Shown: piece after piece, positions 23,233 to 35,937 of the stretch
Numbering within the stretch: position 1 is the first letter of the stretch
Layout: every line of letters begins with the position of its first letter
From: Mytilus californianus
Taxonomy: Eukaryota
Length of the DNA: 64,000 bases
NCBI RefSeq assembly: GCF_021869535.1
Contig: NW_026262668.1
Location: forward strand, 5,456,001 to 5,520,000
Direction: 5' to 3'
The notes under the pieces: generated by a model
What the model was told of the DNA's origin: nothing
Database searches by the model: none
What the model saw: only the letters and a program-made list of their open reading frames with translations
Translations under genes and position numbers: made by a program

Positions 23233-26200
23233 AATATTTATATACTGGTTGTTTCTTTTGTATACAGAAATAGCTCAAGACTACCTGAGCGATCTACAAT
23301 ATTCAAAGTAATATGTGAATTTGTTTCTTGCAATTTCATTATTCTTAGTCAAGGATACATTATCAGACTATCCCCTTCTTTATAGAATTATTTAACAAAA
23401 TGATGACAAAGAGCCTGCAGTAAGCAAGCTCTTATACCCCACATAGTCCTTATTTAAGAGATAAGTTACAAGTGACCTAGTGACATTGTTATTTCTGTTA
23501 CTTAAAGGATGATCAAATTCAGTAGATTTAGACAATAGTATTGTTATACTAGTTTTACAATTACAAATATAGTGACACCATTTATACAACAAAATTTCAT
23601 TGTTGATATGTATATATATATAAACAGAAATCTTTAAATGACAACATAAATTATTGCAGAACTATCTTTTTTTTCAAATGATTTAATGTTTGTATGTCAT
23701 TTATTTCAAATAATTCTGATAACTAGCTAGCTATCCACCAGAGTCTAAATAATGTGGCTGTTGGCAGTTATAAGTCACTTTACATCATTATAGCCTCATA
23801 TTTTTTAAGGACCTATCTAGACCTTTTTCTTAGGCAAGGTGTTTTATATCACTCTGAAAGCAATACAATCCAGTGTTCTCCCCAGGATTTTTTATAGCGC
23901 TGTGGTATTAGTGCCCGATTTAGGATTGATTCACCTTAAGTTTCATTTTGTGACTTGATGCTACATTTATTTATAACTACCATGTTAGTTTTATTTTATT
24001 GAATAGACAAAGACCTGGATTTTTTATACATCTGCCATGTGCATTAACTGAAATGCAAACAAGTGACATTTCAAATATTAGTTAAACTTTAAAAATTAAA
24101 ATGCCTAGATAACTTAAATAATTTGATTGTATTACCACCCGTCCCCCAATGTAGCACAGTAGGTATATCTTTTTTTCTCACTTTCAGTTGTTTGACTTAT
24201 AAACTAGTTATATATCCTTTACAACTTCATAATTTACTTATACACATATTTAAGAAGGTTTACAATGACAAAATTGGAATTTCTTCATTAATTTTCATTT
24301 ACATTTATCAAATTACAATTTTGCAATTAAAAATGGTATATCCTTAAATATCAAAGGAAGAAATGGAATACTCTTTCCATAAGTACTGAAATGTTATTAA
24401 AGGCATGTTTAAAATAGGCTAACACATTTGATCATATTCCAAGATAAATATGAACAGGCGATTATTTCAACTAGGAATTATTTTCAATTATGGAATTTGC
24501 ATAATTTCTTGTGCTTGAAATTTTTAATAAATTCCATGTTTATTCTGTATTTTAATGTTCTGTGCAGTGCTGCGAAAAGTGGATGGCAAATCTCAATACT
24601 TTTTATTTATTTTCAAGAAATTTTCGTATCCGATTTAAAAAAAAGTAAAATATGGGCTTGTAATAAACACCTGGACAACGGGAATGCTTTTCTCAAAACA
24701 ATACAGGTTCAATAGTTTAGTTGTTAACTCGAAAAAGTAATGAAATAATCGTAATGTTTCAAAAATGGACTAGACCACGTTGTCAGAGAAAGGGTGAAAC
24801 TTTCCTTAAATACTTTTGATATGATTCATTAAGCACTGCCTACTCCTTTCATAAAGATTCTGCATCTTATAATTCTTTTTAAAGTGAAGAAATCCAGAAA
24901 GAAATAAAGTCTTTTTGACAGAAAAACTTCTACAATTATCGCCATTGTATTCTTTAATGGAACTGGCCCCTGCGATATTTGACCTATATTATGTCTGCAG
25001 CAGTAACTTACAAATACATACGCACCGCGTGGATATAACCGTATTACTAATTTTCGCCGATGATTCTTAAAAACTCCTTAAATCTTGATAAAGACCATTA
25101 TCTTTCGTATGATTTCAAGATGATTCCGATTATTATTTTTTGAATGATTTCAAAGTTCAGCTGACAAGAAAGGTAAACATTCTTTCAAAAACTATTTTCT
25201 AGCGATAGCGATTTGTTATCATTGGTATGTAAAAAGTCCAAAACCATAACAATACGGATCTATTTATATTCTGATTTTTTTTACGGATGGAAAGTCATGC
25301 ACAAAAAAGCGAAAGCTTATATAAATATGAAAAATATACCAACGGGATAGCTCAAAATACCATTTAATAACAATAAACATATTGACAGGTTAAGAATGAA
25401 ATTCTGTACAGGACATAGTTATGTAAAATACGGAACCGAGTTCGGAAGGCGGCTTGGAAGCGACCGGAAGCGATAAAATGAAATCTGGTCAACGGTATAG
25501 TAAAATTGACGCTTTGACAGCGTCATTTTCCAAAAATCATCATGCATTGTAGGGGAATACCTCTATTAAGAACTAACTGACTATTTCAGTCACGTTGATG
25601 TATTTATAGATCTTATCATTTTAAATTTTTTTAAATTCTATCCATCTACTATTGTTTTCAAGATAATAGTCAAAAATGCAAAAATTGGGGAAAATAGTCA
25701 TACAAGGACAATAACTAAGGAATCGACTAGTTGACTTGACTTATCAGTAGATCTTGTCTTGTCGGTCATTTTTGTTATTAAAGTTTCTGTCTATCTTTTA
25801 TAAATTTCGAGATAATAGGCAAAAATGAAAGGGAAAAAATGGCAAAATTCGTCGAATAAGGGCAGAATCTCCTGTAAGAAGTCATCTGACAGTTTTGATG
25901 CCGATTGTCATTAGAAATATCATTCTGAACATTTTTTTCCCTGTCAGATTTTCTCGATCTATTGCGGTATTTAAAATAATAGACAATTGCATTTACCTCT
26001 ATGTTCTATTCTTAGCCATGTCTGCCATGTAATGGGAAAAGCTCACACGTGCCCTTCGGGCCAGGTAAGATAAATTGTAACCCAGTCTGTATCTAAATGT
26101 TAACTCCAGAACAATCGAAGTTCATTTATCAGTAAGAGAAAAACAGAATCATATAAAAATCTGCATTTTTCTACAGATAATATCACTTGATCATGCATTC

Positions 26201-26252
26201 AAAGTACGGAAAAAATGAAAAAAAAATATTTAAAAAATTTTGCTCTGGATAC

Positions 26253-26615
26253 CACAGGCGCTTGGGTATATGATACAAATATTTTTTGGGGATTTTTTTG
26301 TTGTTGATTAAAATATTCAATTTATATATTTATACTACATATCTATCACTACTACGCATGTCTCACCTAGTTTCGAGTGATTTTACCAACTCTTGAGACA
26401 ACCCCCATTTTTACTATCCACACTAAGAAACAAATGTCTTAGTGTGGATAGTAAAAATGGGAGTTGTCTCAAGAGTTGGTAAAATCACTCGAAACTAAGT
26501 GAGACATGCGCAGTAGTGATAGATATGAAGTATGAATATAGAAAATTGAATATTTTAATAAACAACAAAAAAAATCCAAAAAAAAATATTTGTATCATAT
26601 ACCCAAGCGCCTGGA
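26253..26615. mobile_element. About 360-bp foldback MITE with an 8-bp target-site duplication (hAT-like)
   Basis: Arms 26255-26428 and 26437-26613 are near-perfect inverted repeats. CTGGATAC flanks both sides (26245-52, 26616-23). Confidence 0.85.
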
Positions 26616-26707
26616 CTGGATACTGTCAAGAAAAAGCTTCTGTTGCAAGTTTCGTAAGACTCCAAAGAGATTTGACTAAGTAATTGGTGTTGAAATAAAC
26701 TGTTTTC

Positions 26708-27205
26708 ACAGAGATATGTCTCGCCTTTTTGTTATTTTGATTATGTAAATGTTGAAATTAAAATAGCAATACTTTAACATGTAAGTTATGCAAATATTCA
26801 AAGATAATGAACCATGACTGAAGGTACATGGCTAAACAATCTCCATGGAAATGAGATGTGCCAATGCTAATACAACTGCATACAAAATACCATTGACTTA
26901 TTATAAGTTGTTCCCTTTAAACAAACCTAAACACAAATATTAACTTGTAAACTTGTAAACTATGTAAAAGTTTCAAAGTCAATGCAATGAACCATGATGT
27001 CAGAGGGGGTGGGGCTATATAATCCTCATGGAAACAATACTTGCAAATGCCATTAAATTTGCATAATAAATATCATTGACTTAACATTAGCAGTTTCATT
27101 ATAACTGATCTAATCACAAACTATTACATTGTTGACGCCGCCGCCGACGCCGGAAACAGCATACCTATGTCTCGCTTTTTGATTCCGTCAAGGCGAGACA
27201 AAAAA
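26708..27205 (+). mobile_element. HINE/DINE-like non-autonomous Helentron
   Basis: Has the subTIR atgtctcgc at both ends, a gacgccgccgccgacgcc microsatellite, tandem internal repeats of about 170 bp and the 3' hairpin gtctcgc...gcgagac. Confidence 0.6.
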
Positions 27206-27617
27206 CCTCACTGAACCTAAATTGACGATGCCGACTACGCAATGCAGAATCGATATGTCTCGCTTCCGCGACTTTTGTCGCAAAAAATAGGATCTGAGGA
27301 TGATATTCTTAACCAAAACCATAATTCTATAGGAAGTAAAACAATTGATTTTCTTTCACATAAAGAGAATAATACAGTATTTGTTACGAACGTTTTTATA
27401 AGAACATGCAACATTTTCAATAGTGTATTAAAATTGTGATCCTAGAAAATTGTAGCACTGAATAACATTGTGTTTTGTTGCTGTCTTATTAACGTATATA
27501 ACCCACTTCTCCGTTAAATTTTGTCTTTAAAATACCATGCACAATTGAAGGCATATAAAGTATTGTAAAATGCTCTCTCTGAAAATCAAAAAATATCTCC
27601 AACAGATAAAAGCTTGC

Positions 27618-27781
27618 CCGAATACTATGTCCTTGTGTTGCTCTGACTTGAAGTTGTCCTCCGTTTGTTCGTTTGGCAAACCTCCCTTTATTATCCCTAT
27701 CTACTATTCTTTCTATGTCATCCTCGTCAAAACCATTGAAGTATGAGAGTTCAAGTATGTCATCAACATTTGCATATCCTT
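27618..27781 (-). CDS. TRPT1: TRPT1-like coding exon 2 (EGYANVDDIL...KGRF...VRATQGHSIR)
   Basis: Acceptor ttcattgcag; 164 bp, phase 1 to 0. Contains K-x-R-F and RAxQGHS. The donor reads GCAAGC, a non-canonical GC donor. Confidence 0.9.
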
Positions 27782-28534
27782 CTGCAATGAAATTAATTAA
27801 ACGAAAAATACAGAACCAGGCCCGATAATCCCATTCATGCAAATGATGCACAATATATAGTATTTGCAATTGACAATTATTTGTAATATTTCAAAAGCAC
27901 AATGCACATTATCACCTTGTATGTAAGAATGTTTGATTTGTCTTCAAATAATCTTATTGGATCTACCGCTGATCTGTTCTCTCTACGGCGGTGGTGGTTT
28001 AGGACACAAGTGCGAGACGAGATTTAAAAAAAATATATATGTATATACTGAAAATTGAAAATTATTCATATATATATACATGTATATATATATTTAAATC
28101 GTCTCGCACCTGTGGTTATGTGATGTGTTTGCTATTTCCAATGTAATGCATGCTCTAGAGTGTCGCATTTCTCTCAGTTTCAGCACATTTTATTTTCAAA
28201 ATACACGATGTCGTGAACAAGGTTGCGAATGTAGTCAGAGGTTTCGGACTTGAATAGGGCTTAATTTCTTGATCAAACAGTATCGCAAACATCCATTCTT
28301 CAAGAATTAAACAGGGCCATTTTTTTTAGTAAAACAAATGCATCTTTTCTTATTAGATTGGCATCTTTTGAATCTATAATAAGCTACACAAACATTTTGC
28401 TGTTGTTCATAGTCCCATCACCAGTAACGTTATCGTAAAGGTAAGGGAATATAAGTACAAACAAAGTATATTCTAATAAAACTTAATGTCCAGTGGCGTA
28501 GCACCAGTGTAGCATTAGTTGTAAATATAAAAAT

Positions 28535-28797
28535 AAGAATGTGGTATGATTGCCAATGAGACAACTCTCCACAAGAGACCAAATGACACAGAAATTAACA
28601 ACTATAGGTCACCATACGACCTTCAACAATGAGCAAAACCCTTACTGCATAGTCAGCTATAAATAAAAGGCCCCGAAATGAAAATGTAAAACAAGTCAAA
28701 CCAGAAAACTAACGGCCTAATTTATGTACAAATTAATGAACGAAAAACAAATATATTATACACAGTAACAAACGACAACCACGGAATTACAGCATGT
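28535..28797 (-). mobile_element. 3' UTR fragment of the Penelope-like element nested in a CAGTGGCG...CGCCACTG MITE (28491-29066)
   Basis: Reverse complement of about 15220-15475. The flanks carry inverted cagtggcg / cgccactg. Confidence 0.75.
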
Positions 28798-29936
28798 GCT
28801 TACAAATAATTTTATAAAACTTTTTTTTTTCAATAAGAATTTTACTATAATCGTTCAGCTTCTTGGGGTGGGCACGCCCCTCAGACCCCTTGCTTTAATT
28901 GGTATGTGTATTGATGGTGTACACAATTTTTTCTCTCATAACGTTTTCTTACCCGGCTGACCTATATATGGTTGATTATATAGGGAATTACTGAGGCATG
29001 ATTGGAGCCTGCCCCTCTTAGGTATTCAATGCCCCCCTTTTTATGAAAATTTCTGGATCCGCCACTGCTGGATCCGTATCTGGTATTTTTATTTTGTACA
29101 TGTATCTGTTTTGCTGGATGTTTTGAAAACTGCATTTTTTTTTTTAACTTAAACACACACAAGCTTTGCAATGTTTAGAAGCTTAACTTATGCATGTTAT
29201 GTACAAGGTTTAAAAAAAACGCCGATCAGAACCTTGGCATCAGCTGACAGATATACAGCTAACAAAGATAAATAATATTCAAGGAGGTAGTTAAATTCAA
29301 ATTCAAATATTTTATTATACCAATCATGGTCCCACAAGGGGCATTTGCAATTAACAATTATAATTAGATATGACAATATAAGCGACAAACATGAGTCATG
29401 ATCAGTCATTGTACAGCATATAATCATAATGATAATGTGACAGCTAGACATAAGACATAAGACATAAAGCTTTATTTAGAGTCGGTATGTGCAAATACAA
29501 GTATAAACATAAGCCCTGAAGAGCTTTTAAAACCGACAGAGCAACAAATAAAACAAAACATACATATCAAGTCATGCACATATAAATTAAACATATAAAG
29601 CAAGAGCTCATATCAGTATATAAACATGCAGCACAAAAGTTCTTAAAAGCATCTTACAAGTTAAACACACACTGAAACATGCACTTGTGAGATAAAAGCA
29701 CAAAAGCAAAAATAAAATGGTTTGCACATCAGCTATTACAATTGACATGTATATCTTGAATATTTGTTTTCCTTTTATTATTTCAATGTCAGCAATGCAC
29801 CTCGTGTTTACATGTAGTAATCGACTCTTGAAAGGATAAAAAAAAAGCTACTAAATGCTGTCCTAAGGGAGATAACCAAAACGACAAACGTTGCTAGGAA
29901 TTTAACTGTTCTTCAAATAAAATGACTATAACTCAC

Positions 29937-30012
29937 CCTTCGTGAGGTGCAACCCTCTGGCATCATGTCTTAACAATTTGACGAGAGCTTTAGACAACTG
30001 CACATTAGCCAT
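29937..30012 (-). CDS. TRPT1: TRPT1-like coding exon 1 (MANVQLSKALVKLLRHDARGLHLTK)
   Basis: ATG at 30012-30010 and donor GTGAGT; 76 bp, phase 1. The LSK.L...LRH motif is diagnostic of Tpt1. Confidence 0.9.
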
Positions 30013-30289
30013 ACCGTAAGATCTAATCACATTGTGTTCGTGAATTATCTCTAGTTTCGTTTTTCCAAAGAAATACTCTCACTAAAATCGAATGAAAATT
30101 AACGTATAATATCTCCAAGATTAAAATTTTCCAAACTTGATATTATTACGAAAAGAAACCGAAATTAGGTAGAACAGCGAAACGGTTTGGGCAATGTCCC
30201 TTTGAATTGGTAGTTAACGGAAAATGACACTTCAAACAAAACGAAAATGAAAGTAAAACTGAAAACGAGTCTTAAGACATTTTACTCAT

Positions 30290-30422
30290 CTTTCGGTGAC
30301 GTCACACTTTGTTGACACATTCGCCATTTTCGCAAATCTAGACAGCATCACGGATTTTCTTAAAATATAATAGGTTTAAGGCAGATTCTACTTTCTGAAA
30401 TAATCAATATCATACAGTAAGT
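30290..30422. promoter_or_regulatory. Putative bidirectional promoter (CRE and YY1 motifs) with a plus-strand 5'UTR donor
   Basis: Perfect CRE TGACGTCA at 30297-30304, YY1-type CGCCATTTT at 30322-30330 and GTAAGT at 30417. It lies about 290 bp upstream of the TRPT1 ATG, between divergent genes. Confidence 0.5.
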
Positions 30423-33400
30423 GGTAAGAATCATTCAATCAGCTCTAATTTGGAACATTCACGCACATCTTCATATTTTCATCATCATGTCTCTGCAACT
30501 GAAGCTGCAAGGATTTTTTTTACTGGGACAAACCCCAATTCTTTACCCTGTGGAGATGAATTGCAGATCCATCCCATGTAGAACTTGCTTATTCCTTTTT
30601 AGTAACTTCCTTGGGTCATGTCGAAACAATGATTTGTTTCTCCCATTGAAACGACTTCAAAGACAATGAATTTGAGTAGGAGTTATTCCCCTTGGCCCCC
30701 AATGCTCATTTTCGTGAGACATTCAGACAACCGGTGTATTTTCTTATTTGACAAACGAAATTAAAAGGATCCATGTCAACTCGTATGTTACCAACTTGTA
30801 CCCTTTTTTTACCAACTCCTACAACTTCCAACTTTGTTTAATTCATGTCCTGGCTTTATGTATGATATATTATTATATTAAAAAGATGGTATTAAGGTCC
30901 AACCAAAATTCAGTAAAAATATGCATTTTTCCAGCTGAAGATTATGTTCTCATTAACCAACAAATAAACGCACTAATGAATTCTTTTGTTCACATTCCAA
31001 GACATTTAAACTGCATTCAAAACAAAGACTTGTTTGACAAAAAAAGTATTAAAAATTATATCACTGGATCAATCATAAACATGATAAAGTACAAAATAAC
31101 AAATAAATTTACAATATTACCTATTGAATGTTGAGTACAAGTTAGTCAAAGGTATGAGTTGTTGTGTACCCAATTAAAACATGTGGTACAAGAAGTCTGA
31201 TTATAAGAGAGACTTCTTCTACTGCTGAGTAACCACCCTCATCAGGTTGACTTATAAGAAAACTTTCAGTATCTACATGTATAGCCCACTTTAATTTGAT
31301 GCTTGGTTTTGACTTGTTGCTCTTTATTTGTTTTAATAAAGATTTTTCAGAAAACAAATTTTTCTAAACTCTAGTGGTTAGTATACATGTATATATACAT
31401 GTATATCAATAATCACAAATTAAATTTAGTTGATTATGAAGGAATTTGTGCAAGTTGACATTCTGAGATTACATTTTTTTTAGACATCACTAACAGTGAT
31501 GCAGCTAATTGTCGCACCTAGGGGGCAGAAATTTAGAGGGGCCACCAAATGACGTCTTTGTGTCAGACCCAATGACCGGAAATTTTTTTTTGGGGGGGGG
31601 CTTTCAAAATTTAAATATATGTTGGTCCTGGTTACCTTGGCTTCCAAATCAATTATGTAGTTGAAAAACATTGAAAACTAAAAGTTCTAATGACACATTT
31701 ATTGCCGGTAATAGGTAAACATACTGATGTAAACAGATTTCGATCTTCTCTGCGTTTATCCATTTCACGTAAGTCATGTTGATCATAATTATTTTTGTAT
31801 TTCTCCAGATTTATCATTACACATAGCAATGAATGAAAACGAAAGTAAATTTCTGGTAACAATATTGAATAGAAGCATGTTTTTAGCTTTTTTTTGATAG
31901 CTGAGTGATAATTCTGATGATGACAAGACTCAGCAAGTGTTAACAAGACGTTTCCTTTGGACACATTGTTCATGCAATGGTGCAAAGATACGTGACTAAC
32001 GAGAAAATATTGTTAGTACGACAAACACTGGTTTAGTCTCCATATGACAAATCAGTGGTGCATGAATTAAAACAGTTGGAACAATAGATGGCCAAATCAA
32101 TTATGTAGTTGAAAAGCATTGAAAACCAGAAGTTCTATTAAGGGACAACTAATTATGACCAGATTTATGTGAATTAAATTAAACAAAAAACACGTATTAT
32201 TTTAGTTTTAGAGTATTTTTTTCATTTTAGTTAATGTGTGAACACACATATTCGTTTTGACGTAAATGTAGCTTGCACTGTCTTTGTTTTTGATCTAATT
32301 GTTCTTATGCCAATTAATAAATAAGACAACTATCCATAAAGTCAATGGATAGTTGTCTTATTGGCAAGTGTAGTACAACATTCTCATTTATTTATTTGAT
32401 GTTTCAGGATAATTTAAATTGAATGTGGTCTCAGTCATTAAACCACCCCATGGTCATATCCTTATTTAGCCTGGTTGTTCTAATCACGGTTTTAAGGCGT
32501 ATCTTAATCCAACTGGGAAATAGTTATTATTTTCAAAAAAAGTAGGTACATGTATGGCAAACAGTTGATAAGACTGGCAAAACTGTCTTACATGCAGGGG
32601 CCAATGTCTGACAGGAAAAAAAGATATCTGCATCTCTGCAGACCTTTATGAAATGTTTTGAAAACTGGAAAATATTATACATGTTATAAGCTTCTTCAAG
32701 ATTAAGAAATAGCAGCACCTGAAGAAAAAAGTTTCATTTATAATTTTATTTTAGTATTTTACATATACATGTACAAAAAAAATGTACATGGACTTGGTTT
32801 TTGTCAATCAACTTTACACTTTTACACTACCAGCAACAATCTCAGGCATGACACAGGGTTCCATGGAAATCCTTTTTGATTTTTTTTTGTAACTTCTGAG
32901 TTTAAGGTACATTTGTAAGAACTCCAAATAGCAAAAAGGTACAGTGCAACAAATAGGAAGGGCTGGCACTGTGTCTACTGAAAATTGCATAACTAGTACT
33001 GGATTGAATTGTTTATGAATTATTTAGTAAAAAAACATTCCAGAGACAGTTTGAACAATTTAGATGATTTTAAGTTAAAAAAAAAAACATTCCAGAGGTC
33101 ACATTGACACTACGTTATGTTAATAAATTTAACCTTGTATTGACAAATGATTTTTCAAAATAGATGAACATGTACAAATGTAACATGTTCAATGAAATAA
33201 ATATATTAAGAGATGTGGTCTCCCTATCAGTAGACTGGTATTTTAGAGGGATATTTCCAAATTTACATAATTAATGAGAGGAAATACTTCTCCCACTAAC
33301 ATCTGGATACTTAAAACTTACAATTTTAGATGGGTGTACTGGAAGATCTTCAGTATGTCAGTAATTTTTGGTTTAATAAGGTATAAAAAGGATCAATTGC

Positions 33401-35881
33401 TATTTTAAGGATAAACTTTCAAATCTCTAGATCTGTAAAATTTATTTAATTATAGTAGATATGATATAAAAATTATCTCAGTGATTCAACTGGAGTTCTG
33501 GAGCTTCAGGTCAATTTTGATTTTAAGCTCTCTGGGCCAGTGTGAGCTATTGCAATCACTTTTGCATCAGTATAAACTAAATACAAAATACGCAACCTTA
33601 GACTGAACGGTAAGTTTGACAACAACTCTGTAAAAGTGAATATGGCCATGGTGTACCACAGTACCAAGATGTCCCCTTCACAACGATTTTTTAACGCTCT
33701 ACCATGCTAAATAAAAATAGAATTTAAATGTATTTTTTCTTCAATAATCGGATAAAAAGAATGATTTTATAGGGTTTAACTATTTGATTTGCAATTTTAA
33801 CTAGTAGAACATATTACAAGCCGTTTTTAAAATATTCACAATGTCCACTGCATAAAGATATTTGTCCCCTATGAAATGATTTGTGTCCATTATGCAACGG
33901 CTTTTGTCCACTTTGCAATGAAATGTTGTGTAGTGGACCGTTGTGCAGTGGATGTATTTGCATGTTAGCAGTCTTTGTTGTTACACACGGTTTCTCAGAT
34001 GCATGTTTTTATGATTATTTTCTTAGATAATACATTTTACATGTATTTCATAAACTCCACGTTTTTATACGACCGCAAAAAATTTTTGCGGTCGTATATT
34101 GGTATGACGTCGTCGTCGTCTGGCGTCGTCCGAAGACACATTGGTTTTCGCACTCTAACTTTAGTTTAAGTGAATGGATCTCTATGAAATTTTACCATAA
34201 GGTTCAATACCACAAAAGGAAGGTTGGGATTGATTTTGGGGGTTATGGTACCAAAAGTTAAGGAATTAGGGGCCAAAAATAAGCATTTTTATACGACCGC
34301 AAAAAAATTTTGTGGTCGTATATTGGTATGACGTCGGCGTCGTCGTCGTCGTCGTCGTCCGGCGTCGTCGTCGTCGTCGTCCGGCGTCGTCGTCCGAATA
34401 CATACTGGTTTTCGCACTCTAACTTTAGTTTAAGTGAATGGATCTTTTTGAAATTTGACCATAAGGTTAAATACCACAAAAGGAAGGTTGGGATTGATTT
34501 TGGGGGTTATGGTACCAACAGTTAAGGAATTAGGGGCCAAAAAGGGGCCAAAAATAAGCATTTTCTAGTTTCCAGACAATAACTGTGGAACGGTGTATGG
34601 ATCTCTCTGAAATTATACTATAAGTTTCCATACCACAAAGGGATGGTTAGAATTTGCTTTGGGGGGTTATGGCTCAAACCGTTTAGGAATTAGGGGCAAA
34701 AAAGGGGGAAAAACAAGGTTGTCCTGGTTAATGGACAAATACTTTTGTACAAAACATAATTTAAAGCAGTGTAAGGGAGATAAATCAAATACATCATTGA
34801 GATTATCTCCCTTACACTGCTTTTAAATTATGTATAAACATGATAAAGTAATGGTTAATGAACAATAAAGATAATTTAAAACAGTGTAAGGGAGGTAATC
34901 AAAATACAACGTTTTGGTTACTTCCCTTACACTGCTTTTAAATTATGTTTAAAGAAATGCATATCTATAAAGGAAGACCAGTAAAAATATCTGCAAATGT
35001 TGCATCTTTTTTTTTTACAAAAAAATCCATATGAAAGATTTGACAGTATATTTTTAATTCTATTATAAAATAGATTAAGTTAGCACTATGGTAAATTTAA
35101 TTTGGTAATTATGGTTGCCAACTCCATTGGAAATTTGAATTGAGATTATGACCATATCTGAGGGAAAGAATTTTTTTGGGGAAAAAAGGGGGGGGGGATA
35201 AAAAGAAATTGTGGGGGGTCAATTTTTTCTCATTTCAGATTTCAGAAATTAAAAAGAATTATTCTTCAAATATTATTTTTTTTTCAAATTTCAAATATTG
35301 AAAAATTTCAAGAAGTAATCTTTAATTGCACAGTATGGCACATTAGATTTGTAAAATCTTTGATCACATTTATTTATTTGTTATGCCGAATCTAACAGTG
35401 TATTTAAATTTTTAATTTTGGGTCCAGTTTTCAAATTGGTCTACATTAAGGTCCAAAGGGTCCAAAATTAAACTTTGTTTGATTTTAGCAAAAATTGAAT
35501 ATATGAGGTTCTTTGATATGCTGAATCTAAACATGTATTTAGATTTTTGATTTTTTGGCCCAGTTTTCAAGTTGGTCCAAATTGGGGTCTAAAATTAAAC
35601 TTTGTTTGATTTCAACAAAAATTGAATATGTGGGGTTCTTTGATATGCTGAATCTAACCATGTATTTGGATTTTTTATTTGTGGACCCCGTTATCAAATT
35701 GGTTCATATTGAGGTCAAAAGGGTCCAAAATTAGACTTTGTTTGATTTCATCTTAAATTGAAGTATTGGGGTTCTTTGATATTCCAAATCTAACGGTGTA
35801 TTTAGATTTTTAATTTTTGGTCCTGTTTTTATACGACCGCAAAAATTGAAAATTTTTTGGTCGTATATTGGTATGACGTTG

Positions 35882-35937
<56 letters not shown>

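Noticed and set aside
27489-27869. 126-aa minus-strand ORF as a standalone gene
   Set aside because: Only 27618-27781 is Tpt1-like; the rest is intron read-through.
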